A stretch of 64,000 bases of DNA from Alphaproteobacteria bacterium (GTDB lineage: Bacteria; Pseudomonadota; Alphaproteobacteria; Rs-D84), in assembly GCA_017475605.1 (NCBI GenBank), contig JAFVFD010000005.1, forward strand, positions 75,833 through 139,832, read 5' to 3'. Made by a program: the position numbers and the translations under genes. This document shows, one piece after another, positions 1 to 9,972 of this stretch. The notes beneath the pieces are model-generated. The model searched no databases. It was not told where the DNA came from and saw only the letters and a list, made by a program, of their open reading frames with translations. The number at the start of each line of letters is the position of its first letter. Positions within the stretch are counted from its first letter, which is position 1.

Positions 1-298
1 CAAGGTAATCGCGCACCGCCTTGACACGTTTTTTAGACAATTCAACATTATATGATTCAGGCCCGATTTCATCGGCATAACCGTCAAGATATATTTTCTT
101 GAACCTGTGTCCATGGATATAAATTAACCCCTGGTCCAGTTGTTGCGTAAATTCTGGCCGCACCACATATGACCCCAATTCAAAATAAATCGGTGTTTCC
201 GCCATTGTTCGATTTGTTGCGCACAAATCTGCCGCATCATTATTATGGCATGCCGCCAATGCGAACGCCCCAAATATAACGAACAAATATTTTTTCAT
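1..298 (-). CDS. OmpA-family lipoprotein, partial (C-terminus runs off the window start)
   Basis: Reverse-strand ATG at 296-298 followed by MKKYLFVIFGAFALAAC, i.e. a lipobox with Cys. Then an OmpA C-terminal-like segment YFELGSYVVRPEF...IYLDGYADEIGPESYNVELSKKRVKAVRDYL, which matches the GHTD-x-G-x-x-YN-x-x-LS-x-x-RA-x-V pattern. The reading frame stays open to position 1. Confidence 0.6.
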   Translation of the reverse strand, partial: MKKYLFVIFGAFALAACHNNDAADLCATNRTMAETPIYFELGSYVVRPEFTQQLDQGLIYIHGHRFKKIYLDGYADEIGPESYNVELSKKRVKAVRDYL

Positions 299-362
299 AG
301 AAACACCCTTTTTACCCATTGGCAAAACTAAATCGTGGGCGAAACCGCCCACGATTATTTCA

Positions 363-3300
363 TTACAGACCGAAAGTGATACCTGCGCGGAATGCCCAAT
401 CACTTGTTCCGCCGTATGATGCACCAGCATTCAACAACACATGGTCATTAAAGTAATGGAATGCACCAACCGCGACACCTGCACGATCGGCATACGCACC
501 CGTACCGATTGATATCTGGGTATCACCGCAATCACGCGCATTTGGAACCAACGCCGTCAAAGCAGCCATTGATGCCATACCGCTGTTGACTTTCTTTTCC
601 AACTTTTCAACCTTGTGATCGACTTTCGCTATGTTGGAATCCAGGACACGTACCGCTTCGGACAAATCGGTAACAGATGCCAGGTAATTTGTTCCATCAA
701 ATGTCATATTACCAATCAAATTACCCGTTGTTTCCAATGCGGTTGCGACATCTGTTTTCGCCGCGTTATTGATAGCGGTATTAAGCGATGCCAAACTGCT
801 GCGGTCGCCGATTGCGGAATCAATCGCAGTCAGGTGTTCTTCAACCGTTGTCCCGGTGGCAAGGTTACCCTTGTATGTGCCGGCACTTTCCAACTTGGTC
901 TTTAACCCATGGATTGTCCCCAGGGTTGCGTCAATGTTATTCAATGCCGCGACAACTGTTGTTGGTGTTGTTGTACCGCCATTAGCCAGCGCATTACCGA
1001 CCGAGTTCGCATCGTCGCGCGCGTTCAACCCGCTCATATCGCCTATTGTCGCATCCAGGTTGGCAATCGCCGCGTTCAATGTTGCGCCGGATACATTACT
1101 GCCACTTGTGATGGTGTTGGTATAGGTCGCATCTTCGGCCTGATTCTTGATGGTTGCGACCACACTTGATGTTGTGGCCAACGCGGAATCAGAACCCGCC
1201 ACATTACGTGCCAGACCCGCCGTATCAATCGATGTTATGGTGCTGGTCCCCAATGTGATTGAATCGGTTGCGGTCAATGTTTTGCCGGATACACCGTTTG
1301 TTGCAGACAAAGAATCTGCTGATACTGCGCCGGTAAATGTCGCGGTTGAACCAGACAGCGCGCCGGTTACACCCAATGTGCCACCAACCGTCGCATTACC
1401 CGCAATTGTCGCCGCCGCCGCGGTCAGACCAGTCGACGTCAATGTGTTGTTCGCATCAACTGTAAATCCGTTCGCCGCCGTTACAGATGCCAATGTTGCA
1501 GCACCGTTTTCGTCAATACTGTAATCAGAGCCAAACTTTACACCCTTTTCGGCAACAATTTGTTTTTCAAATGTGTTGGTTCCTGTAAAGGTGTTGTCCG
1601 TATCTGTTCCGACCGCTGTTGTCGCGATTGTATTAACCGCATCAACCAACGACACAGTATCACCGATTTTTTCACCACTTAAGATACCGGTTGTTGCAGC
1701 GGTGGTTTGCGCGTCGCCAACAACGTTCTGTAACGCATCAACCCCTGCATCCAAATTGCTTAACGCGCCCGCGATAGTAGTTGTCGACCCGATAACCTCT
1801 TTTGATGTCAATGCATTTTGTAATTGGTTATTTACATTTTCATCAACATCAACCCCCAGCAAGTTTTCCGCCCAATCGTGTGCCTGGTTATATACCGCGG
1901 TTACACCGGCTTCAACTGTGCTTAAGGCACCGGCAATCTTGTAATCGACAGAACCGACCGTTGACGCATCGCCGTTCAAGACATCAATTGCGTCTTTGTT
2001 TGCAGCAATGTTTGTTGCATTTGTCGCAATGGCATCGGCATTTGTTTTGGCCTGGCCATCCAATGTCTTCAAAGCACCGCTAAACGATGTATCACCCCCA
2101 AGGTAATTTGTCGTTCCCAAAGCGGCCTGTAACGCATCATCTGCATCATTTGCAGTGGAATCAATACCCAACGCGGTATTCATCCATGCTTCTGCTTGAT
2201 TCCATGCGGTCGTTGCGGTCGTTGCGATATTTGCAATTGCCGCCGTATTCGCATTGATTGCCCCGGCGACAGTTTTATCCGTTACCGAAGCATCATTCAA
2301 GACATCAATTTTCATCTTGCCGGCAACCAGGTCATGTGGAAGACCGGTATTCAAATCCCAACCAAAGTCATATTGGGACATAACATCCGCACTAAGTTTC
2401 ATATACTCTGCAACTGCTTCGGCTGTGGATGCCGCCGTCAATGTTTTGCCGGCGTTCGCCCCCGTTGTCAACAGTGCGCCCAGTGCATTTCTTTTATCCT
2501 TGGCTTCGACGGATGAACCGTCAATGGTTAAAATCGCCGTGTGCAAATCTGCGGCATCGACGGTGCTTGCCACAATGCGAGCATCCGCCATGGCATTTAC
2601 CTGGTCTATCAGTCCGACACCCGTCGCCGCGCCCAACGCATGTGCAATGGAACTTGCATTATCGCCCGCCGCCATAAGGTCAGATTGAACGTTCATCAAT
2701 TTCTTGCTTAACACATCAAATGTTGTTCCAACGGTTGCAACATTTGTCGCATTATCTGCCGCCCAAGTTGCGATTTCCGCATCGGTTGGGGTAGCAGCGT
2801 CCAGATTGGCCGCCAAGTTTGTTGCGGCGGTTGTGCCCAATGTGACTTCGCCCGATTGTGCGGCACCGGTTCCGATTTTGATTCCGGTTACCGCCGTGAT
2901 ATCAACCGCCTTGGCTGCATCAGGTGTCAATGCCGTGCCATTAACCTTGACAGATTGTATCGCGCTGTCTGCCTTTGTGCCCTGGGCCGCGGATGCGAAT
3001 TCCGCCGCGTCATGTGTCACAACATCGCCATATGTACCCAATGTTGTGTTGATTGCTGCGACGTTGGTTGCGTTTTCATCAATTGCACCCTGCAATGTCG
3101 TAGCCGTCAAACCAGACGTTGTGTTATCATAATCTGCCAAACGTGCATTTGCCTTCATCCCGGATGCATTTACCAATTTATCACTAAATACCAAATTCGT
3201 TCCGTCTTTTTCAACCTTGGTATAGTAATTCATTGCACCGGTAATTTGTAAATCATCCGACAACGTGGCATCGCCCACCGCCAGTGTTATTGAATCCGCC

Positions 3301-6300
3301 GTTCCATATTCAGACGATGTAAGGTTAATCGACTTAATCGTTGAACCGGTTGTTCCCGCGAACGAATCTATTGCCGGTGTTGCACCCTTCAGGTTTGCAT
3401 CGACATACAGATTTGCATTTTGCACCGTTCCCAGCCCGGTATCGATATTGTTATTGCGCGTATCCAAAGACCCACCAATCAGCGAACCGCTGAACCCTGC
3501 GCCATTTGCCACGAATACATTGTTTGTATTTGCGGTATCGTTAAACACCGTTGTCCCGGACACCAGGTTCATTACACCCGCGCCAGTGATTGATGCACCC
3601 GATGCAAATTTAACACCGTTTTTCAAATCAACCGTTCCGGCATTTGCCAATGTCGCGGTTGCGCCAAATGTATCGTTATCAAATTCGGCGGTTGCGCCGG
3701 CGACATTATTAACCGTTCCCGCATATGTAGTCGGGTCAGATTTCAACACACCAAAGTTATTAACATTTACACCGATAAATGAATCTTTGATGTTAAGGGT
3801 TGCGCCCGCCTTGTTCACGATATCGGACGAACCAGTAAATTTAACATCGTTCAACGACAACATGGCATTTTCAGAAACGTTCAAATCTTTCTGTAATTCG
3901 ATTGCAAAACCGTCGGCACCGGTTCCAGTAATTCTGAAATCAGAATTATCGATTGAATCATCTGAATCGAACACTTCATTTTCTGTAACGGTATAGTTCA
4001 ATGCCAAACGCGCACCGTCTGCATCGGTTGTTTCGACCGCGGTGTTAATACCGCCGGCGAAACCACGAACAATCATTTGACCGTCCGCCACACCCGATGA
4101 GTTGAATGTCACACCGGTATCAGATGTAAATATTGCCTCGGCAATATCAACGGTTGTGCCGTCGGACACGACCTGGAATGCCTTTTCGCCCGTGCCAATA
4201 TCACCGTTCAGCAGATTTCCAACATAGTATTTAACCGTTCCAGCGGCGGACGCATATTTATCGGCGGTTCCGTTATTCCAGTCAATATCGCCCTTGATTC
4301 CCGCGCCATCGGCCAGGGTAATATTGGACGACAAATCTTGGATAGCATCGTCAATAGTGTTAATAATCGCACCCGACGCGACATTGATGGTTGAACCTGT
4401 CAAATCGGCATTTGTCAAATGCAGTTCACCGGAATTCACATCGACGGTGTGCTTCTTTAATGTATTTGCGATATTGGTGGTTCCTGCACCATTGATATAT
4501 AACTTTGAACCTGCAACACCATCAAATCCACCAGCAAAGGTGTTTGTTTCACCCGCGCCAGAGATAATATTTATTGTTCCCATATTATTGTAAATATCAT
4601 TTGCAGTGGATGCGGTTATATTACCATTTTCTTCATCCCACGTTACATCAGATTTGTTTCCACTGAATGTGTTTGAACCATCAAATGTAATTGTTTTGCT
4701 TGCAGCATTAAAGATTGCACCACCCTTTTCCTTTGCAATATTGTTGGTAAATGTCGCATCTTTGATATTCAACGTATCAAGATTACGAATTGCACCACCA
4801 CCAATAACTGATGATGTTTTCGAAACCCCTGATGCTACGTTTCCGTTAAAGGTTGTGCCATCTATATTAAGGGTCCCTTTGTTGTTATATATTGCACCAC
4901 CAGTCGCTGCCACGTTCTGCGAAATACTACCACCGGTTATGGTTGAGGTTTTTCCACTAGTGCTGTTATAAATCGCACCACCATTACCGGTCGCACCTGT
5001 TCCTGCCGGCACAAGACCTAAACCTTCAACAACATAAATCGGTGCATCATTTTTAATACCACTGTTATTATCTATTGTTGCGTTGTTTATTGTAAATCCA
5101 TTACCACCATTAACCCAAATAACACCAGAACCACCGGTTGATGCATTACCGGTAATTTCAGTTCCGTCAATACTCAAACTGCCTGATGCTACATAGATAG
5201 CACCGGCTTTATTTGCCATATTGTCGGTAATGGAACCACCGCTGATTTCCAATGTTCCGCTATTGTTATAAATCGCACCGCCGGTACCCGTTTTCATAGT
5301 TTCAGTATTACCATCAACAAGCTTACCGTTGCCGGTAAACGTATTGTTTGTTAACGTCAATTTACCAGAACCGTTATAAATCGCACCACCCGATCCACCT
5401 GTGGAAGATTTTCCGGTATAGTTACCCGAAAATGTTGTATTTGATATTTCGGCATCAACAGTTGCATTGTTTTGAATTGCACCACCATTTGTTGCCACTG
5501 TATTACCAGTAAATATCGAATTATCAATGGTTAATTCACTGGTACCAAGATTTGTAATTGCACCACCATTTGTTGCGGTATTATTTTCAAATTTTGCATA
5601 ATCAATGTCCAAACTGCCGCCGGTTGCAGCGAAAATAGCACCACCGGCGCCACTAAACTCACTGCCTTTAAACGATGCACCTTTTGTTGCATTGACTGTC
5701 AACCCAGCACCCGATGCAATATTTGTCCGACCGGTTGATTTTAAACTCTCGCTGACGGTCATATCACCACTGTTAATTGTCAAGCCACCCGCACCAACAG
5801 CCAGGTTTTCAACCTCTATACCGTTTGCACGATTAACAACAACATTACCACTGTTAACATCCAGATTCTTTAATGCTGTATAATAGCGTCCATTTGTTGC
5901 AACGCCTGGTTCCGCCGATTCTGCGACTTCTGTTGCGGTCCATGTTGCACCATCCGTCATCTTAATCGTTGCACCGTGATTGATTTGCAATTTATCATCA
6001 CTTGGTTTATCCTCATAACTTAGCACCGTGTTTCCGGTCCAGTAAGATTCCGCACCATTCAATGTCACATTAACCGTTGCATCAACAGGTGCCCCCGAGT
6101 TTGGCCCTTGTCTAAAATCTATATCGCCGTCCATTTTGACAGTTTTATCACCGGCGGCATTGATATTGGTTACAGAAAGACCAGATGCATAAATGGCATC
6201 TTTGCCCTTGATGGTTGCATTACCGTTAATATTTACGCGCCCCTCGCTAAGAGCAGCAATTGCAGACGCATTCAAATTCGTTAAATTGATTTGATTCGCA

Positions 6301-6827
6301 GTTAAATTAACCGTTGCATAGGTATCTGTTTGCCCTGGATCAGAGCTGTTTTGAACCCACAACGCACCATACCCAACACCACCATCATAAGCTGGGTCAT
6401 TAACAGTTGATGTAATGGAAATTGTGTCATTCGCACGCACATCAACAACACTTTTTGTCCGAACAAGAATACCATCACCACCCGTGTTGATATTAATGGT
6501 GTTTGTGTTATCGCCCCCCAAATGCAACAGTGTCGGTTCAGTGGCACTATACACGGCATTTTTACCGATTTCAATTGCACGTCCATCACCAGGTTCCGTA
6601 ACACTTATATTTTCCGCCAACCATGTAACATTTTGATTACCAGTATATTTAAAAGAACCCGCTGTCCCTGTTGGATATAATTCATCCAATGACACATTTG
6701 TGTATTCAGCCATTGCGGGCGCGGTTGCGATTAAACCCAGTGCGATTGCGTTACACAAAATGCCATGACGTAAAACTGCGCGATACATAGCGGTCAATTC
6801 TTTCAGTACGGTTCTGGTTTGTTTCAT
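363..6827 (-). CDS. Trimeric autotransporter adhesin (YadA-like C-terminal anchor) with many GGAI(Y/F)N repeat modules
   Basis: Single 2154-aa ORF. RBS AAAGGAGAG lies 5 nt upstream of the ATG. The N-terminus MKQTRTVLKELTAMYRAVLRHGILCNAIALGLIATAPAMA looks like an extended signal peptide region. The passenger carries more than 12 GGAIYN/GGAIFN/GGAIQN repeats (Pmp/pectate-lyase-like beta-helix motif) plus a long Ala/Thr-rich stalk. The C-terminus has a coiled-coil (KVDHKVEKLEKK) and ends ...ISIGTGAYADRAGVAVGAFHYFNDHVLLNAGASYGGTSDWAFRAGITFGL, typical of a YadA-type 4-strand membrane anchor. Confidence 0.75.
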   Translation of the reverse strand: MKQTRTVLKELTAMYRAVLRHGILCNAIALGLIATAPAMAEYTNVSLDELYPTGTAGSFKYTGNQNVTWLAENISVTEPGDGRAIEIGKNAVYSATEPTLLHLGGDNTNTININTGGDGILVRTKSVVDVRANDTISITSTVNDPAYDGGVGYGALWVQNSSDPGQTDTYATVNLTANQINLTNLNASAIAALSEGRVNINGNATIKGKDAIYASGLSVTNINAAGDKTVKMDGDIDFRQGPNSGAPVDATVNVTLNGAESYWTGNTVLSYEDKPSDDKLQINHGATIKMTDGATWTATEVAESAEPGVATNGRYYTALKNLDVNSGNVVVNRANGIEVENLAVGAGGLTINSGDMTVSESLKSTGRTNIASGAGLTVNATKGASFKGSEFSGAGGAIFAATGGSLDIDYAKFENNTATNGGAITNLGTSELTIDNSIFTGNTVATNGGAIQNNATVDAEISNTTFSGNYTGKSSTGGSGGAIYNGSGKLTLTNNTFTGNGKLVDGNTETMKTGTGGAIYNNSGTLEISGGSITDNMANKAGAIYVASGSLSIDGTEITGNASTGGSGVIWVNGGNGFTINNATIDNNSGIKNDAPIYVVEGLGLVPAGTGATGNGGAIYNSTSGKTSTITGGSISQNVAATGGAIYNNKGTLNIDGTTFNGNVASGVSKTSSVIGGGAIRNLDTLNIKDATFTNNIAKEKGGAIFNAASKTITFDGSNTFSGNKSDVTWDEENGNITASTANDIYNNMGTINIISGAGETNTFAGGFDGVAGSKLYINGAGTTNIANTLKKHTVDVNSGELHLTNADLTGSTINVASGAIINTIDDAIQDLSSNITLADGAGIKGDIDWNNGTADKYASAAGTVKYYVGNLLNGDIGTGEKAFQVVSDGTTVDIAEAIFTSDTGVTFNSSGVADGQMIVRGFAGGINTAVETTDADGARLALNYTVTENEVFDSDDSIDNSDFRITGTGADGFAIELQKDLNVSENAMLSLNDVKFTGSSDIVNKAGATLNIKDSFIGVNVNNFGVLKSDPTTYAGTVNNVAGATAEFDNDTFGATATLANAGTVDLKNGVKFASGASITGAGVMNLVSGTTVFNDTANTNNVFVANGAGFSGSLIGGSLDTRNNNIDTGLGTVQNANLYVDANLKGATPAIDSFAGTTGSTIKSINLTSSEYGTADSITLAVGDATLSDDLQITGAMNYYTKVEKDGTNLVFSDKLVNASGMKANARLADYDNTTSGLTATTLQGAIDENATNVAAINTTLGTYGDVVTHDAAEFASAAQGTKADSAIQSVKVNGTALTPDAAKAVDITAVTGIKIGTGAAQSGEVTLGTTAATNLAANLDAATPTDAEIATWAADNATNVATVGTTFDVLSKKLMNVQSDLMAAGDNASSIAHALGAATGVGLIDQVNAMADARIVASTVDAADLHTAILTIDGSSVEAKDKRNALGALLTTGANAGKTLTAASTAEAVAEYMKLSADVMSQYDFGWDLNTGLPHDLVAGKMKIDVLNDASVTDKTVAGAINANTAAIANIATTATTAWNQAEAWMNTALGIDSTANDADDALQAALGTTNYLGGDTSFSGALKTLDGQAKTNADAIATNATNIAANKDAIDVLNGDASTVGSVDYKIAGALSTVEAGVTAVYNQAHDWAENLLGVDVDENVNNQLQNALTSKEVIGSTTTIAGALSNLDAGVDALQNVVGDAQTTAATTGILSGEKIGDTVSLVDAVNTIATTAVGTDTDNTFTGTNTFEKQIVAEKGVKFGSDYSIDENGAATLASVTAANGFTVDANNTLTSTGLTAAAATIAGNATVGGTLGVTGALSGSTATFTGAVSADSLSATNGVSGKTLTATDSITLGTSTITSIDTAGLARNVAGSDSALATTSSVVATIKNQAEDATYTNTITSGSNVSGATLNAAIANLDATIGDMSGLNARDDANSVGNALANGGTTTPTTVVAALNNIDATLGTIHGLKTKLESAGTYKGNLATGTTVEEHLTAIDSAIGDRSSLASLNTAINNAAKTDVATALETTGNLIGNMTFDGTNYLASVTDLSEAVRVLDSNIAKVDHKVEKLEKKVNSGMASMAALTALVPNARDCGDTQISIGTGAYADRAGVAVGAFHYFNDHVLLNAGASYGGTSDWAFRAGITFGL

Positions 6828-6862
6828 TGGGACTCTCCTTTCTTCACCTTGACGAATATTTT

Positions 6863-7186
6863 TTATTTTTTGTTATTGGTTGGTTGTGCCGGCTCGGTCT
6901 GAACACGACAGAGTGATATTGCCGACGAAATTGTTTGTGCAGATGCCTCGTCCACAAATTCCATTATGTTGGTTGTGGGACGCGTCTTCATTGAATTTAA
7001 AAACTTGTTAAATGCGCGAACCTGGTCATTGCTAAGGCGGTTATCAACAATGTTCGCAAAACATGCGCAATCCATTCCCGCGCCACATTGTTTCTTTAAA
7101 CTGCTGCGCGCACGCGAATCGGTTGTTGCAACGAAAAACACCGCGCCCAAAACGCATATACCCCCCAGGATATAAGCCCCGCGCAG
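6863..7186 (-). CDS. Hypothetical small membrane protein (start uncertain; may instead be 5' leader of the adhesin gene)
   Basis: Open frame with a plausible TM segment ILGGICVLGAVFFVATT and codon-like composition. The N-terminal third of the tool ORF (7300-7417) is encoded by a palindromic repeat element and is probably not coding. No convincing RBS was found. Confidence 0.2.
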   Translation of the reverse strand: MRGAYILGGICVLGAVFFVATTDSRARSSLKKQCGAGMDCACFANIVDNRLSNDQVRAFNKFLNSMKTRPTTNIMEFVDEASAQTISSAISLCRVQTEPAQPTNNKK

Positions 7187-7340
7187 CAATATTTTATTAT
7201 CTATTTGCAATTGCTTTCCCCCATGTAATAAGAATTCTTTCGATGATTTAAGATAGCACACAAAAAACCCGGTGCAACATTTTTTGTGTCTATACAACGC
7301 ATTTTTGGGGGACTTAGGAAAACAAACCCAGGTTTTGTCC

Positions 7341-7499
7341 ATACCACCAAAAACCGCTACCCCGTCGGCATTCGCCGACACCCCTTCGCCAGACGAAGGG
7401 GATTTAATCCCCTTCACATCGTGAATGGGTGGATTGCGAACAATGTGAGCAAGACGGGGTAGTTACCTGCCCCCGTACGCAGTTATGATACCACCAAAA
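7341..7499. repeat. Palindromic dispersed repeat element, copy 1, flanked by the 12-bp direct repeat ATACCACCAAAA
   Basis: Direct repeats at 7341-7352 and 7488-7499. Inverted repeat CTACCCCGTC (7357-7366) pairs with GACGGGGTAG (7453-7462). Inner hairpin CCCCTTCGCCAGACGAAGGGG at 7381-7401. The core CTACCCCG...CGCC(A)CCCCTT-N6-8-CGAAGGGGA recurs at 22919-22964. Confidence 0.5.
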
Positions 7500-7564
7500 G
7501 GTTCCTATTAAAAATCGCACGCCTTGTACGCATAATAAAAATATAACAATTGGGGGGAAATAAT

Positions 7565-8644
7565 ATGAATATGAAATACTTTGCCGCAACAATTGTCGGC
7601 ATTTTGGGAATCGCACATTACGCAGATGCATGTACGGGTATTACCCTGCGCGCGAAAAACAATGATATGGTTGTCGCACGAACTGTCGATTGGCATGGCG
7701 ACGAAATGAATAACATGTATGTAATTGCGCCACGCGGACACACACAAAAATCTTTGACCCCGGACGGCAAAATGGACGGCCACGAATTCACATCGGTATA
7801 TGGCTATGTTGGTATTGCGGTCCAGACACCAGATTTTGTAATCGATGGCACGAACGAGGCCGGACTTTCCGCAGGGTTATTCTATTTCCCTGAATATGGT
7901 GAATACCCCTGGTATAATAAAAATGATAAAGAAAACAGCATTGCGGACTTTGAATTGGTGGCGTGGATGCTGTCGCGGTTTTCAACCATCGACCAAATCA
8001 AAGAAGCCATCAAAGATATTACCGTTACCAATATCGACCCGTCTGCTTCAACGGTGCATTGGCGCATCACCGACGCGACCGGCAAACAGGTTATCCTTGA
8101 ATTCATTGATGGCGAGGCGCATTTTTACGACAGCAAGGTCGGCGCGATTTCGAATTCGCCGGGCTATCCATGGCACATTACAAACCTTAATAACTATATA
8201 AACCTGGAACCCGGGACCAGCAATCCAAAAAAACTGGGCGATTTTACATTGCGACCATTTGGCTCTGACAGCAAGATGCTGGGCCTGCCCGGCGACTTTA
8301 CACCGCCATCGCGATTTATTCGTGCCGCGCTGTTAAGCAACTATTCCATACCGCAAAAGGACGGTTATGAATCTGCGATGAAGGCGTTTCATATCTTGAA
8401 CAACCTGGACGTGCCGTTGGGGGTTGAATTTGATTCCGGCCGCGCAACAAACAATATGCCGTCCGCAACACAATGGACAATCGCAACCGATTTGGGCAAC
8501 CGGGTTATTTACTATCACACGATGTATAACCGCACAATCCGTTCTATCGATATGAAGAATATTGACTTTGCGAATGTCCGGTTCCAATACGCGCCCCTGG
8601 ACACAGCCAAGGTACAAACGATTATTCCAATAAAAGTAAAATAA
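7565..8644 (+). CDS. Secreted choloylglycine-hydrolase / linear-amide C-N hydrolase (Ntn-hydrolase) family protein
   Basis: Signal peptide MNMKYFAATIVGILGIAHYADA is followed directly by Cys (CTGITLRAKNND...ARTVDW...YVIAPRG), the N-terminal nucleophile arrangement of bile-salt hydrolase / penicillin V acylase. RBS GGGGGGAAA lies before ATG 7565. The tool start at 7550 is a TTG. Confidence 0.65.
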   Translation: MNMKYFAATIVGILGIAHYADACTGITLRAKNNDMVVARTVDWHGDEMNNMYVIAPRGHTQKSLTPDGKMDGHEFTSVYGYVGIAVQTPDFVIDGTNEAGLSAGLFYFPEYGEYPWYNKNDKENSIADFELVAWMLSRFSTIDQIKEAIKDITVTNIDPSASTVHWRITDATGKQVILEFIDGEAHFYDSKVGAISNSPGYPWHITNLNNYINLEPGTSNPKKLGDFTLRPFGSDSKMLGLPGDFTPPSRFIRAALLSNYSIPQKDGYESAMKAFHILNNLDVPLGVEFDSGRATNNMPSATQWTIATDLGNRVIYYHTMYNRTIRSIDMKNIDFANVRFQYAPLDTAKVQTIIPIKVK

Positions 8645-8648
8645 ATCG

Positions 8649-8679
8649 ATTTACCTTTCATTTTTTCGTGTATATAATC
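8649..8679 (+). promoter_or_regulatory. Putative sigma70 promoter for the DUF1015 gene
   Basis: TTTACC (8650-8655), 17-nt spacer, TATAAT (8673-8678). RBS AAAGGAG at 8691-8697, ATG at 8704. Confidence 0.35.
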
Positions 8680-8703
8680 GCCATACTATCAAAAGGAGAT
8701 TAT

Positions 8704-9942
8704 ATGAAAATTAAACCATTTCGGGGTATTCGCCCACCACGCGAACTGGCAGAAGAAGTCGCATCGCGTCCGTATGATGTTCTGAACTCTGCCGAAGCAA
8801 AAGCCGAGGCCGGCGAAAAATCATTACTGCACATTATAAAACCAGAAATCGACTTTGACCCAATTGCCGGTGAACACGAACAGCGCACCTATGACAAGGC
8901 CGTTGAAAACTTCAAGAAATGGCAGGACAATGGTTGGCTGGTCGCGGATGACCGGGAAATGTATTATATCTATGCCCAAACAATGAACGGCCGCACACAA
9001 TATGGCCTGGTTGCCGCCGCGAATGTTGACGACTATATGACCGGCAAAATTAAAAAGCACGAATTGACACGCAAAGAAAAAGAAGATGACCGCATGATTC
9101 ACGTGCGTATTCAAAACGCGAATTTGGAACCTGTGTTCTTTGCGTATCCAGATGTAGATGAAATGAATAAAATTGTTGCGGACTTTGTTGCGAACAACGC
9201 GCCCGAATACGACTTTGTTGCGCCGGACGGTTTCGGACACACATTCTGGGCAATTCGCGACGATGCAATAAATGCACGCATAACCGAAATCTTTAAAAAC
9301 ATTCCGGCAATGTATGTCGCCGATGGCCACCATCGTACCGCCGCCGCCGCACGTGTTGGCGCGGAAAAGCGCGAACAAAACCCGAACCACACCGGAAATG
9401 AAGAATACAATTATTTCTTGGCTGTGATTTTCCCATCGTCGCAATTGCACGTTATCGACTATAACCGCGTTGTGCGCGATTTGAACGGTTTAACAAAAGA
9501 AGAGTTCTTGAACAAGCTGTCTGAATCATTCGACGTTACCGAAATGGGTGCCGATATTTACAAACCAAACAAATTACATAACTTTGGAATGTATCTGGGC
9601 GGGAAATGGTATTCGTTAACCGCGAAACCCGGCACATATAATGACAGCGACCCGATTGGTGTTCTGGACGTAACAGTGTTATCGAACCTGGTGTTTGATA
9701 AAATCTTGAACCTGGGTGATTTGCGCACCAGCGCCCGCATCGACTTTGTCGGTGGTATTCGCGGCCTTGGCGAATTACAGAAACGTGTTGATTCCGGTGA
9801 AATGGTGGCGACATTTGCGCTGTACCCTGTTACAATGCAGCAAATTATCGATATCGCCGACACCGGCAACATTATGCCACCAAAAACAACATGGTTTGAA
9901 CCAAAATTGCGCAGTGGTTTGGTTATCCACAAATTGTCATAA
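8704..9942 (+). CDS. DUF1015-family protein
   Basis: N-terminus MKIKPFRGIRPPRELAEEVASRPYDVLNSAEAK matches the M-x-I-x-PF-x-G-x-RP...PYDV signature I recall for DUF1015. Strong RBS AAAGGAG. 413 aa. Confidence 0.55.
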   Translation: MKIKPFRGIRPPRELAEEVASRPYDVLNSAEAKAEAGEKSLLHIIKPEIDFDPIAGEHEQRTYDKAVENFKKWQDNGWLVADDREMYYIYAQTMNGRTQYGLVAAANVDDYMTGKIKKHELTRKEKEDDRMIHVRIQNANLEPVFFAYPDVDEMNKIVADFVANNAPEYDFVAPDGFGHTFWAIRDDAINARITEIFKNIPAMYVADGHHRTAAAARVGAEKREQNPNHTGNEEYNYFLAVIFPSSQLHVIDYNRVVRDLNGLTKEEFLNKLSESFDVTEMGADIYKPNKLHNFGMYLGGKWYSLTAKPGTYNDSDPIGVLDVTVLSNLVFDKILNLGDLRTSARIDFVGGIRGLGELQKRVDSGEMVATFALYPVTMQQIIDIADTGNIMPPKTTWFEPKLRSGLVIHKLS

Positions 9943-9945
9943 AAG

Positions 9946-9972
9946 AAACCGCCCAAACGGGCGGTTTTTATT
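9946..9972. terminator. Bidirectional rho-independent terminator
   Basis: ACCGCCC-AAAC-GGGCGGT hairpin (9948-9965) followed by TTTTTATTTTGTTTTT on the + strand and preceded by an A-run. It sits between the convergent genes ending at 9942 (+) and 9968 (-). Confidence 0.6.

Noticed and set aside
615-5883. Numerous + strand ORFs (615-905, 769-1125, 1147-1524, 2254-2688, 3265-3996, 4606-4971, 5605-5883 and others) inside the adhesin gene
   Set aside because: They are antisense to a continuous 2154-aa ORF with clear domain content. Repetitive Gly/Ala/Thr-rich coding sequence generates long antisense open frames. There are no RBS or start context.
8824-9450. 208-aa minus-strand ORF inside the DUF1015 gene
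   Set aside because: Antisense to a well-supported gene with an N-terminal family signature. It has no features of its own.
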